DNA of 64,000 bases, taken from contig CM035352.1 in the NCBI GenBank assembly GCA_020137815.1, positions 4,278,001 to 4,342,000 of the forward strand, read 5' to 3'. The DNA comes from Hormiphora californensis (Eukaryota > Animalia > Ctenophora). A program made the position numbers and the translations under genes. The notes beneath the pieces were generated by a model. The model was not told the DNA's origin, searched no databases, and saw nothing but the letters and a program-made list of their open reading frames with translations. Within the stretch, counting starts at the first letter, position 1; every line of letters starts with the position of its first letter. Positions 41,846 through 54,663 of this stretch are shown here, piece after piece.

Positions 41846-43418
41846 CAAGGTGGCCCATAAATTATGAGGCCGGGGGACGAGTTGTACCTCCGAAACGGTG
41901 ATAGTTGTGCAAAAACAAACTACGGGAACATGCTGGAACAATTCCTTGGTAACTTTTTGCAAATTTTGAGTTTTTTATTCAAAAGTTCATTTTTCATTCA
42001 TGAACTATTTGCACGTTCATTAATGAATTAAGGACTCTAATTTACCGAGAGTGAGCCATTTTGTTTGGGTTGAGTTTATCTTTCCAATGAGCACCATGAA
42101 AATCAAATTGAAGCACCAGGTCACATGGCAGTTGAGAAAATGCACATGCATGATTTTGGCTCTTCCTGCGACTTTCAATCAGCTGTATCACAGCTACCTT
42201 TTGTTCAAACTTTTTAAATATTTGGGTGAACATTGGATAAGCAAAGATCGTTGCTCACAAGAAAAATCAAGGTCAAAACTGAAAGTTCATTTTTAAGTTT
42301 TGGTAGTTCATTCCACTCATTCAGGAACCAACATCCCTAAAGTGATGAAAAGTGATTGGTTTTGTTTGGCCCATACCCTGCAATGATAGGGAGGTGTAAA
42401 AACACGTTTCCGGGCTAGTTAGTGGGTGTCCACTGTCCATGTGATCATGATGATATCTGACACCTCTTCTGAGCCATAATCAAGGGATTTTCTCGAATTC
42501 AAGCATGTGATTTGGGTTATCTGTGATTGGTATCGTGCAGCAATGTTGAGAGATTTCATAGCACCTCAAAAATTACGATTAGCTCAATGAAATAAGTTGA
42601 TTTATGATAGAAGAGATTAAAACAGACGTCAAAATGAACTAAACTACCATTTTCGATCCAAAATCAACTCATTTCATTGATCTAATCATAATTTTCGAGG
42701 TGCTATGAGATCTCTCAACATTGCTGCACGATACCAATCACAGATAACCCAAATCACATGCTTGAATTCGAGAAAATCCCTTGATTATGGCTCAGAAGAG
42801 GTGTCAGATATCATCATGATCACATGGACAGTGGACACCCACTAACTAGCCCGGAAACGTGTTTTTACACCTCCCTATCATTGCAGGGTATGGGCCAAAC
42901 AAAACCAATCACTTTTCATCACTTTAGGGATGTTGGTTCCTGAATGAGTGGAATGAACTACCAAAACTTAAAAATGAACTTTCAGTTTTGACCTTGATTT
43001 TTCTTGTGAGCAACGATCTTTGCTTATCCAATGTTCACCCAAATTTTTAAAAAGTTTGAACAAAAGGTAGCTGTGATACAGCTGATTGAAAGTCGCAGGA
43101 AGAGCCAAAATCATGCATGTGCATTTTCTCAACTGCCATGTGACCTGGTGCTTCAATTTGATTTTCATGGTGCTCATTGGAAAGATAAATTCAACCCTAA
43201 CAAAATGGCTCACTCTCGGTAAATTAGAGTCCTTAATTCATTAATGAACGTGCAAATAGTTCATGAATGAAAAATGAACTTTTGAATAAAAAACTCAAAA
43301 TTTGCAAAAAGTTACCAAGGAATTGTTCCAGCATGTTCCCGTAGTTTGTTTTTGCACAACTATCACCGTTTCGGAGGTACAGCTCGTCCCCCGGCCTCAT
43401 AATTTATGGGCCACCTTG
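41846..43418. mobile_element. Tc1/mariner-type foldback element with ~760-bp arms
   Basis: TA|CAAGGTGGCCCATAA...TTATGGGCCACCTTG|TA. Inserted in a ~17-bp CCTGTCCCGATACTATA repeat. Confidence 0.9.
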
Positions 43419-43513
43419 TATACCTGTCCCAATACTTTCCCGATACTATACCTGTCCCGGTACTATACCTTTCCCGATGTGCCATACCTGACAGTCCCTC
43501 TGTTATAAAACTT

Positions 43514-44270
43514 ACTAAGTTCTCTGCACTGAACTTCAGTTATATCAACACTCCAAGTTCCATTGTCCTGACAAATAGATGCTGCTTCATCACCAATCAA
43601 CACATGGTTTTCCTGGCATGTGATGGTAATGTCAGTTCCTGGCAACGAGGAGGCGCCCCAGCTGTCTTGGGTAGATCCTGCGATTGTAACCATAGGACAC
43701 CCTGCTAGAAAGAAGGGAAACGGAGGCGTTAGCAATAGCAAAAGAGACAAGTAATGTTATCAATTACAGTTAATTGGTTAATTAAGGTTTCTACCTACTG
43801 AATACCTGCAGCTCGGTAGAAATCGGATGCTGTGTCATAACCTGCAACGGGCCCTGCAAATTTTATCATCTCCACAACATCGCCACCAAGACTTGCAACA
43901 CAGCTGGTATCTGAACTATTGGTGAAGACAAAGTTCAGCACCTCAACATCGTTACATCGGATGGTGAGGGCGCTCTCCGATTTGGCAATCGTCCAGATCT
44001 GTTCACCCCCCTGCTCCGGGGGCTGTACTGGCAGGTCCATCCAGGTGTAGTTGGTACAAGTGATTTTAGAATTAGAGCCTTGGGTGCCTATGAAATACTT
44101 CATCGAGGAGGAAAACTGCAAAATTACATTAATGATCAAGCTGCCTTCTTGGTCATACAACTTCACCCATATCAGGTCACCACTGACCGATGTTGAGTTT
44201 GTCCATATCTGGAGAGGTGTTTCCTCCAGGTCCCAGGATATCTTGTCACTTTGATGCACTGCTGTCCAGC
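43514..44270 (-). CDS. Internal exons of an extracellular protein: beta-rich domain (44270-43806) + sushi/CCP domain (~43704-43514); start and end not found
   Basis: Phase-1 modular exons. Sushi pattern C...PGTDITITCQENHVLIG...CQDNGTW...C. The GWTAV..WDLEETPLQI...DTASDFYR domain resembles a family I recall as expanded in ctenophores. Confidence 0.7.
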
Positions 44271-45052
44271 CTGAGAAATGGGCTACTACAGCAATAACAT
44301 AACAGTGTGATAATAGAAGATCTATCAACTATTTTTTGATCGAATAGTACTACTATTAGTAGGATATGTCTAGCTATAAGTACTACTACTTAATCAAGTT
44401 GTCTTTATCAAACCTTCGAATGGAACATTCGTGTTAGCTGAACAAAATAAGAAGATCACCGCCAGGACAAAAGTTAGGTTTAAACGCATCGCTTCTAAAG
44501 TTGGCGTCAAGCGCATCCGCCTTCTTTACAGTCACATATTCAAACACTACTACGAGGAAACACCATGCTATAAATATTTATACAAGTGCAACGCTACGAA
44601 GATTTTTTTTCAAGGCATCGTCCTCTGCATATGGCTTACTCGAGCGTCACCCTGTCCCTCTCGCCCTCTATATAACAATAAACCGCTTAGCATCGCCCGG
44701 TCCCTCTCTCCCTCAATATACTTGGACAGCTTAGCATCGCCCGGTCCCTCTCTCCCTCAATATACTTGGACAGCTTAGCATCCCCTGGTCCCTCACCCTT
44801 ATAATCTGTATAATTGAATAGCATTGTCTTCGTCTCTCCGAGCGCTAACCCATTAAGCCCAACGAATCGTTATGTCCATCTCCCAATGCATGTACGATCA
44901 ATGCTGGGGCCTGGCCACATGTACGACAATATACTAAACAAGGAATTTTGGAAAAGGTTTAGAAAATATAAAAATCTTAAAACAACACAAACACTCTAGT
45001 ACAGATTAGTTCACTGTCTCTGAATTGTCAAATTGTCCTGGGACCCCTGTTT

Positions 45053-46412
45053 TTAGCACATGCCGATGAGAGTGCAGAGGGTTTTGGGATCGAGGGTCTT
45101 GATGAGAGCAACAGCTTGGTCCAAGTATCCATCCAAGGTCTCGGCACAGTCAGTGATGGGCAGGATAGAGCACAGCTCACCAACAGCATCCTTAAGAAGG
45201 GTAACAATCTCAGGATTTGACAGAGCAGCCTTTACCTGGGTAGCAATTTCGGTGCACTCGCTGCAGTTATCCTCCAGCTTGGAGGGGGTGTCATAGAACG
45301 CCACGGCAGAGTTACACGCCCCAATACCGGCACAGGTTCCAGCGGGATCAGTGTGGTCAACATCTTCGAGGGATTCGTTGATGATTGCTGTCATCACGCT
45401 CTTGCAGAAAGGAATCTCGATGAAGTTGCAGAGAATACCACTCAGTTCAGTGAGAGGGTATCAGTTTCGTTGTCCTCGACAATGTTGTGTAGCTCCTGGA
45501 TGGCCTGTTTGCACGGATCACAGAACACATTGCTGCCAACCAGAGACATGGCGGTGATGTGTTTAGCGGGGCAGGCACCAGCCTGGGAGCAGAGCATCTT
45601 GGGATCGAACAGCTGGACGACATTAGTGATGATGGGATCGATGATACCTCGGAGAATTTTCTGGCACACATCAACTCGTCCTCCCATGACAATGCACAGC
45701 TCATCCATAGCAACATCAGCGAGTTCCTTGAGATCGTTGCTCTTCAGGACAACGTCAACCAGGTCCAGGGCAGCGACACAAGCCTTGCATCCCTCGGGGC
45801 TGGTGTGGAGGAGAGGAGAGGAGGAGGTACACACTCCCATGCTAGTGCAGATACCCTCAGTATCGAACAGGGGCAGGAGGTTTCCTAGGATCTCATCAGC
45901 AATCTTACCTGCCAGCCTCTCACATACATCAACATTGTGGGCATTGGAGGTGGATGCGATACAGCTCTCGTTGACAGCAATGTGTACCATGTCCCTTACC
46001 TCTGCAGAGTTGATGATCATCTTGATCACGTCAAATCCATCCTTACAAGCCCTGCAGGAGCTGGTAGATTCCATGAGCGTAGAAGGCTCCATCAACGAGG
46101 TTGGTGGCGGGACAAAGATGTAACCTGGGCACACACTCGATCCACATCGAACTTCTTGAAGAGCATTGCGATGGCCTCTGGTCCGTAGGTATCAACAGCA
46201 TCACCGCATTCCTTAGCAAACATGGGAAGCTTGGAGCAGGTCATCTTCCCAAAGTCCAGGATCTTCTGTTTGGTGTCCTTAGTGAGAAGCCTTGTATCGA
46301 TCTCGTGTCCTACAAACTCGCAGGTGTCGCAAACGATGTCCATGATGATTCCCTCTTGGTTGGCGCTCGAGGCAGCCACCAAACAGGCCAGCAGCAGACA
46401 AAGATATTTCAT
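45053..46412 (-). pseudogene. Prosaposin-like gene with five SapB domains, frame-disrupted (pseudogene or assembly errors)
   Basis: Signal peptide MKYLCLLLACLVAASSA. SapB Cys patterns are spread over several frames, with lesions near 46125, 46050 and 45455. Confidence 0.75.
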
Positions 46413-46883
46413 GGCTAGAGAGGGAATGGAGGGAGAGGTTATAGGCATAGACAAAATGGGTAATTGGACACTGAATGGGATAGGAACTAGGGAGAGTTAG
46501 ATTATAAAATTTTTGGTAGATTTTACAAAAACAAGAATTTTAAATGAAACTTTGGTCACAGCTCTGAGAACTAACTGAATATAATATTTGCATGGGCCAT
46601 TCTTATCTAACATAACCACTCGTGAGACAAGTATTTTGGGCCTCGCGTGATTTTATGTGCCGAACGATAAGCACCGCAAATTGTATTAGTCTCAAGAGAA
46701 TCACACCCCATTCGAAGAAGTCACATACCACCCATCACCCCAGCAAGCACCTGCGTCATTCGTTCGTCAATGTGACGTATTACACCCTCTGAATTTTATT
46801 CTGGTTTAGTCGAATCATTCTCTCGGCAAAGAAGTTTTAAAGTGGTTTATTTTATCTCAGACCGAGTTGAAAAAGCAGAAATC

Positions 46884-47414
46884 CTAATATCTACAGTAGA
46901 TGCCAAAAATGTTAAACAGGATAAAGTCACAAAGATGCTCTCCTGATAGGTGCTCCATCGTAACGATATCCGAAATGAACTTCAAAGAATCGTGAACGAA
47001 TTCCTGGCAATTCTGCATCGGTATCGCGATACACATCGTATCAAGTATTGATTCAGTAATTGCCAAGTGATCAGGATCCGCGACATTATCGATCACAAAA
47101 TCAGCCGCTGCTGCACATGTTTTACATATGTCAAGGTCCTGGAGTTTGTAAACGTTGTATCTGCCATGAGGCCGACAGAGTTTCAGTTCCCCACACAGCT
47201 GGTATGCATTGATTTGGGAGGGTAGACTGGCTAGTTCAGGGCATGTTTCATCGGAGCAGAGGGCTGCGAATCGAGTTCGAAGGACAGCAGGTTGGAGTTG
47301 GGTGACTATAGCTTGACAAGTTGTGCATTTGGTGGTGCTGAAGGAGTTGTATGCCGCTGGTTCTGCAGATGATAGCACTGGGAATAACAGGAACAGAACC
47401 GTCGGAAGAATCAT
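46884..47414 (-). CDS. Secreted two-domain saposin-like protein
   Basis: Signal peptide; CTTCQAIV...LCGELKLC and CKTCAAA...LCD. Intronless. Confidence 0.85.
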   Translation of the reverse strand: MILPTVLFLLFPVLSSAEPAAYNSFSTTKCTTCQAIVTQLQPAVLRTRFAALCSDETCPELASLPSQINAYQLCGELKLCRPHGRYNVYKLQDLDICKTCAAAADFVIDNVADPDHLAITESILDTMCIAIPMQNCQEFVHDSLKFISDIVTMEHLSGEHLCDFILFNIFGIYCRY

Positions 47415-47621
47415 GGGCGCTAAATTTAGAGATGAGGAAATCTTAAAAGTTCTCAGGTCATCTAGTAATCTATCTAACTCAAACTCTCATAAACGGTTAA
47501 AAAATCATAAAAAAGTTCACAATAAATCACTGACAGGAGGTTAAAACACAAAGTTTTTCGTTGCTAATGCTATACTACTGATTAACTTGGATACAAACCA
47601 TATCAATTCATCTCCTCCACT

Positions 47622-49271
47622 TTAGAAGAAACTGCAAAGTCCGAACATGCTGCAAAGCTCCTTGGGGTCCATCTTGGCAATGTAATCCAACAACATGTTC
47701 ACATACTCATCCACCGTCTCCTCACAGCTCTTGGCCATCTTTCCTGGAAGAACAGCACAAATCTCACTGACAGCATCAGTAACCTCCTTCCTTGCAGCAT
47801 CGTCGCTGAGAGAGGTGATCACCATACCAGTGATCATGGTGCACTCCCCACAGGTGTCTTGGACTACCTCAGGTTCAGGGGCCACAGCCTCGCAGATACC
47901 TGCAATGGTGCAGATCTGCTTTCCGTTAGTGAGTTTCAGGAGGGAAACTAGCTGGTTAAAGTACCCGTCAATAGTCTCCTTGCAGTCTGGGATGGGCAGG
48001 AGGGAGCACAGTTCTCCGATCTCATCCCTGATGATGGTATCCACTTGCTCATCCTCGAGGCTTGCAATGACCTGATCGGCCACTTGGGTGCACCGGTCAC
48101 ACGCGGGGTCATTCGAGTTGACAGCCTTCAGGACGGCATTGAGAGCTCTATAGGCGGGGCAAGCGGCTAGCTTAACACATTCTTTAGTAGGGTCCAGAGT
48201 CTTCAGCTTATCGAACTGAGTCTCCACCAGGCTGGTGATGATTCGGGAGCAGAAGGGGATGGAAATGGCCTCGCAGATGACTGGTGCGATGTCAGCCACA
48301 ATCTTTGCAGAATCAGGATCGTTTGCTATTTTCTTGACCTCTGCAAGAGCATCGTGGCACACTTCACAAATCTCTCCATCACCAACATCTTCCTCGATAT
48401 CATCTACAGCGGTATTGTTAGGGCAGGCTCCAAACCCAATACAAACACTTTCAGGATCAAATTTGGGCACGTACTCGTTCAGAATCTGGTTGATAACGAC
48501 CTCAATGATGGCATCACATCCTGAGAAATGGACCAAGCTACAGAACTCCTTGACCGCGATGTGGGTCAGATCCTTGAGGTCCGGAGAGTTTAGAATCAGC
48601 TTGATCATGTCCATTCCATCCTTGCAAGCTGTACACCCCTCTCCCTCCTGAATACCTTTGAGTGCAACAGCGAATAGAGGGTGGTTGTAGATCATCTCCC
48701 TGGTTTCCTTCTTGCAGAGCCCGGCCTTGGCACACAAAGCAGGGACATCAATCTTGTCAGCGAGGAGGTGGAGGTAGTAATTTCCGTATTCCATGACCAG
48801 CTGCTCGCACTCGTTGGACACCAGGGGAATCTTAGAGCAGACGGTTTCCGTGATATTCACGAGAAGGTCAATGGAGGCATTGGTGACAATGTACTTCACT
48901 ACTTCATCCCCGACAAACTCACAAAAGTCACACTCAACATCGGAGATGGTGTCAGTGACAACAGCAGGAGCAGCTGACCGAGCAGGGCACATACCAATAC
49001 TGGCACAGGTGTGTTGGGGGATCATACCGGCTATGGTCTGGTCTATAACACTGACCTCCTCGTTTATCCAGTTCGCACAATCCTCTATGGGGACCACTGC
49101 ACAGATACCATCAGTAGCGAGCTTGATAAGATCCTGGGTGGAGGGATCAGTCCAGGCTACCTTTACCTCAGAGAGAATGGCAGTGCAGAGTCGACAGGAT
49201 GCGGCATCTCCAACGATGGGGGTGGCGGACGAGGCGCCAACCAGCGCTACTAGAAGTAGAGCAGTCAACAT
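47622..49271 (-). CDS. Prosaposin-like precursor with six SapB domains
   Basis: MLTALLLVALVGASSA signal peptide; six CxxC...C...C...CxxxGxC units. Intronless. Confidence 0.92.
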   Translation of the reverse strand: MLTALLLVALVGASSATPIVGDAASCRLCTAILSEVKVAWTDPSTQDLIKLATDGICAVVPIEDCANWINEEVSVIDQTIAGMIPQHTCASIGMCPARSAAPAVVTDTISDVECDFCEFVGDEVVKYIVTNASIDLLVNITETVCSKIPLVSNECEQLVMEYGNYYLHLLADKIDVPALCAKAGLCKKETREMIYNHPLFAVALKGIQEGEGCTACKDGMDMIKLILNSPDLKDLTHIAVKEFCSLVHFSGCDAIIEVVINQILNEYVPKFDPESVCIGFGACPNNTAVDDIEEDVGDGEICEVCHDALAEVKKIANDPDSAKIVADIAPVICEAISIPFCSRIITSLVETQFDKLKTLDPTKECVKLAACPAYRALNAVLKAVNSNDPACDRCTQVADQVIASLEDEQVDTIIRDEIGELCSLLPIPDCKETIDGYFNQLVSLLKLTNGKQICTIAGICEAVAPEPEVVQDTCGECTMITGMVITSLSDDAARKEVTDAVSEICAVLPGKMAKSCEETVDEYVNMLLDYIAKMDPKELCSMFGLCSFF

Positions 49272-49721
49272 GCTAAAATGGGGAAATAATATGAAGTTTA
49301 ACTGCCACAAGCAGTTAAATCCGAAAAACAGGCTTACAACTAGAAGAGGTGTCAGGGGAGGAAAGCAGATTTTAACCCTGGGCTCGGTCAGGGATCAAAA
49401 GACACGCAAAACCTTGACAAATGGGGAGAATCATTCGCAGAAGAGTGTTATAGCCGAAAATATAGGCATATCTCACTGAGCGGGTGCAATCAACCAGCCT
49501 ACAGAGTGGGCCATTAAAAGGGAACCAATATGAAGTTTACTGCTAAGCATTGTATACACGAAAAAAACGGCGGAGACAAAAGCAGAAAAAGAGAGCTTAT
49601 GAGAGGAGAGAAGAGACGGAAGAGCAGATTAGAGATCTAGAAGGGAGCAACGAGCGGGAGAGAGAAGATCATATGAGAGAGGAGACGAGAGAGTCCTCCT
49701 CTCGTGCTCCTCTACTCTTCT

Positions 49722-49786
<65 letters not shown>

Positions 49787-51389
49787 CTTTCTCTCTTTCT
49801 TCTCCATTTACTTGCCAGATGACTGAATCCTACAAACATGATTGTGAGTAGTATAGCATGATGACTTACTATACTGTTTGTGGTATGTCATCAGGACCTT
49901 GCGTCAACTTCAAGCCATTGGTCTCCAATACAAGTCCTAACACCCCAAGATAAAGAATGTTTCAGGAAGGTCGAAGAAGGAGGAAACACCGGAGCAAATG
50001 TCGACTGACATCGATGATGTTCTGTATGGCGGCGCCTTACCCCATTTGATTCTCGACAGTGCGCTCAGATGGGGTCACGGCGCCAGACAGATGATGATGG
50101 GGCCTTGATGTTAAAATTTGTAAGTTGATTTTTACGACCACACAATTTTCTCATCACAAAATTCCCAAGTTTCTTTCCTGCCAGCTTCTAATTCCCTTCT
50201 CTCCCCATTTGGTTAGGGTAGCTCTCGGTAAGTGCTGCTAACTGGAGCAAGCACTGCTCCGGATAATTGCTTCCTGGGTACTCTCTCTTTTTCTCTCTCT
50301 CTCTCTCTCTCCCTCTCTCTTTCTCTCTCTGCCCTGAATTTGTGTACCTTGCTTTATACACTGTACATAGTGTGCGTGTGCAGCAGCAGCAGTAGTCACA
50401 TGGAATCTAGGGCGCACTGTTATACCCCAATCTCTCTTTTACATCTAGAGTCTCTCTCGATAACTTATTGCAGTAGAGTAGAGTGAACATCTCTCTCACT
50501 CTGTCAACAAGATGTCTCTCTCTGTTCCTACTTTCAGTATTAATATTCACACAGCCAGCACTCGAGAAACAGTGTGTGTATCCTAGTTCCTTGTCATAGA
50601 CAAACACACTGAATTGTTGGTGTATGGTTGAATCTTCCGAACAATACCATTCCCCTATAAATTGTTCATACCTCATACGATTGGAATACGAGTGTAGAAA
50701 ATGTTTCTTTTTGGCCAACTCCAATTTGACCATCTTTCACGAATGTTTCGTGATCTTCTTCTTCTCTCTTGTTGTTGTCGGGGTTCCTTCCGTACATGCA
50801 ACACGCCATGTGTTATGCAGATTCTGTACATTGATTCAGTGGAGCTAACTAAATAGTGTGGATGTGTGATACCACTGTTTGTGCCGTATAGAGCAGCAGG
50901 GGAGGGTGTGTTGCAGCAGGGGAGCTGGAGGGTGGGTTGAGTAATACCAGGGGGGAGCCCGGGGTCGAGGAGTTGTTGAGTTCTCTTTACACTCATAAAG
51001 GGAGGGTTGGACGTGGGTGTGCTACTGTGCTGCTACCGCCGCTTGTTGACAGTTTCATGATGACATATGGTTCTTCAATACACCCTTATTTTATTAATTC
51101 TTAGCTTTCTCTCCAAGTATTCTTAACTCGTTCTCTAGCTGTCTGGCGCCGCCGTCCCGATCTGAGCGCACTGTCGCGCGATCAGATTTGAGAATCAAAT
51201 TGGGGTATGGGCGCCGCCATACAGTTCTCTAGCGTCATCACTTCCTCAGCCTTTTACGATGGCCAGGGGGTTCCAGCCCTAAATTCCTTATTTTAGATAT
51301 TCATTATTCGCCTCCCCAATGTGCTAGTACATTTCCACTCCATCACTTTACAGCCTATTACAAATAGGAGTGATTACGTAATTTATTAA

Positions 51390-52270
51390 ACACTAGAAAG
51401 CCCATTGTAGTCCTACAACAGCCCCCCCACCCGTCTCTATGTCTCCCCCCTCTTACTATTCGTCTCTCCATGTCGGGGTAAAGAATACGGAGGTTGGTAG
51501 AGTGGTAGAGCGCTGGTGATAAACATCAATGGAAATCCCGCTGAATAACATGTAGAATCAGGTGATAAAGATCCGTAGAATGGTAGCTGTGTAGAGAATC
51601 AACGGGGTACGTAGAAAGGCTTTGGCAATCATGGCGGCCCCAGCAGAAGATCCCAAAACACCACAGGAACAGCACAGGAACACGCAACAAACAACCAACA
51701 ACATGCACGTGCAGTATCCCCCTCCCATACCCCTCCCAAGCCACCTCCCTGGCAACCCCCCTCTATTTGCACGTGGGATACTACATCCTCCTCCTCACTA
51801 CGACGTTCATTTGTACTTTATAATAAGGACTAGAAAGCCCATTGAAGTCCCTCACCCCCTCCCCCCCCCCCCCACCGTCCCCATGTCTCTCTCCCCCTCT
51901 TACTCTTCGTCTCTCCATGTCGGGGTAAAGAGGTTGGTAGTGGTAGAGCGCTGGTGATAAACATCAAGGGGAATCCTGCTGAATAACATGTAGAATCAGG
52001 TGATAAAGATCCGTAGAATTGTAGCTGTGTAGAGAATCAACGGGGTACGTAGGTAGAAAGGCTTTGGCAATCATGGAGGTCCCAGCAGTAGATCCCAAAA
52101 TACCACAGGAACAACACAGGAACACGCAACAAACAACCAACAACATGCACGTGCAGTATCCCCCTCCAATACCCCTTCCAACCCACCTCCTTGGCAACCC
52201 CCCCTCTATTTGCACGTGGGATACTACATCACTACTCCTCACGACGTTCATTTGTACTTTATAATAAGGA
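51390..52270. repeat. Diverged tandem duplication, ~440-bp unit x2
   Basis: CTAGAAAGCCCATTG...GTTCATTTGTACTTTATAATAAGGA occurs twice in tandem. Confidence 0.85.
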
Positions 52271-53729
52271 TATATACATGGTATATTCTCATAGAATAAT
52301 GCCCTTGTACAACTGTTACACCCCCTGCCCTCTTCCGCCCATTTTCCAAACAGCTCGTCATCGATCTATGACGTTCTGTTTTATCATGCATCGGAACAAA
52401 AGACAAAGATAGTATCTCCGATTTTCTTAGTTAGAGGAACAGAGAGACATGGAGAGAGAGAGTGAGAACTGAGAGAGGGTGGGTGAATAGTTTGTTAAAC
52501 GCATGGTAAAGGCGATATTTAAGCGTTGCACTGTTTACACACTTGACAACACCAGCCGTTCACATATTTTTGAATTAACTCCTCACTTGCCCACTGAGTC
52601 TCTGTTATAGTAATGCTTGTTCGATCACCTGATGCCGACCTCCCCCTCTTAGTTAACTGGCATCTCTCCAGCATCCTTATTATATCCCCCTCACGTGCAC
52701 TTTGATCGACATGTACCACCGCATAACTTGTGATTCGAACTATTAATGTACCATAGATTGAGGACATTGTGATCAAGTTGTAACTTTTCAGTTGGTCTTC
52801 TTCTTTTTTCACAAGTCATTCTTTGTTCACAAGTGATTGTATAAAGTTACAGTTAGAAGAGCTATGTATAAGGGATGGTTTGTACGTTATATCATAGTTG
52901 TTCCTGTACGTTAGAAGTGTGAGCTCTTATCAGTATATTCATTTCTATCACTTCCTTCCATATCAGTATTCATTCCATCTTTCTATCACTTCCCTCCATA
53001 TCAGTATTCATTCCATCTTTCTATCACTTCCTTCTAGATTCAATATCTTCATCACGCCAACTGTTCACTGTTCAGCTGCAGCTAAAATCTTCTTGGCTGT
53101 TTTTTTAAATAGTGCTATGACTGCTTATGTGGCGTACTACGAGGGACCATCGACTGTCGAGGGTTCGGTAGATCAGACCCTCATCCAGTGTTTGCTGTGT
53201 ATTTGGGCACGTCGCGCAATCCCCTGTACGTAGCGCTGCCAAGCTGTGTGTAGACTCTATGCTATAGATTCGACAGTGTAGATATAGCACTTGAGTGCCA
53301 GGAGCTGAGAAGGGGGAACAATGAACAGAGTGATTAGACCGCTGACATTATTATCTATAGGGCCAGGAACATATCCCAAGTCATGGAGAGATCGGTCCAC
53401 GTGCCCTTATATCGAGGCACGCTCCAGGGTTATATTGTGAGAAGTAACAGTGTTGGTTTTAGTTATGTTGTGAGTAAGAGAGGGAGAAGATATAATAGGG
53501 GAGAGAACTCTTGACTTCTTTCCCATGGGCAGCACTACATCCAGTCTAGCACTTGACAAGCCTTTGACGTGTACAGATCACGTGCATCTTCACTGTGCTT
53601 GTTCTCTTGTCAATCTCTTCATGTTTTTCCTGATCTTTATCCGCGTCACTGAATGAGAGAGAAAGAGAGAGAGGGAGAGAGAGAGAGGGAGAGAGAGAGG
53701 GAGAGAGAGAGGGGAGAGAGGGAGAGAGA

Positions 53730-53854
<125 letters not shown>

Positions 53855-54330
53855 TGTTTAGCATGATGATATTTCGTGTTACAAGCTTTGTCATTGGACT
53901 TCAAAGTTTGTTTTTTTCATGTTTGCACTGACGAACTTAGAGAAAGCACTGGAGAGAAAGATAGATGTGTGAGAGGGAAGCAAGGGGGAGTAAGCGAGAG
54001 ATTAACTGAGAGAGAGGGGGGAGAGACAAATCACCGCGGACATGTCCTAATCATTTGATTTGAGCTTGTCAGTATTCTTGTCAAACAGAGACTGCGGATC
54101 TCTCTTTGTGTCCCATACTCTTCTCACTTTCTTGCACAGTTCTGCATATGTTGTATTAGTCGCTACTCCTGCTGCACTGCCAGTCTAGTGGATTGCTATT
54201 CATTCGAACTGTCGAGTGGTGCATGGCAAGCCTGCAATCATATTGTATTACCCAGCAATATACACAATGAGATTCTCCTCTCTATCTTTCTCTATCTCTC
54301 TATCCCTCCCTACCTCCCTCTCTCTCTATG

Positions 54331-54380
<50 letters not shown>

Positions 54381-54663
54381 TCTCTCACCCTCCCTCTCTC
54401 TCTCTGCATGTGGTCTTGGGCACGATTCTGGAGATCCTACAGGCACTTGTGTAATCATTCTGAGTGGAATTCACAGGAATAACGTGGTACACATGTTGTA
54501 CTGCAGAGAGAGTGTGAATGAGACTCATGTGTATTTTGTCATTAGCTTTTGTTTTGACCTTCCTCTCGGCAGGGCTCCGCTATTTGATCTCAACACGCGT
54601 TTTTGAGATGAAATTTAATTTCTTATTTGCTACCTATTAACTCCGCCCCCCTCTGTCCAGAGT

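Noticed and set aside
42042-43222. Mirror-image ORF pairs (also 62032 and 62952)
   Set aside because: They are by-products of inverted repeats and show no transposase motifs.
50232-53290. Short ORFs including the duplicated MAIMxxPAxDPK peptide and 52519-52812
   Set aside because: No homology recognised, non-ATG starts and no consistent splice pattern.
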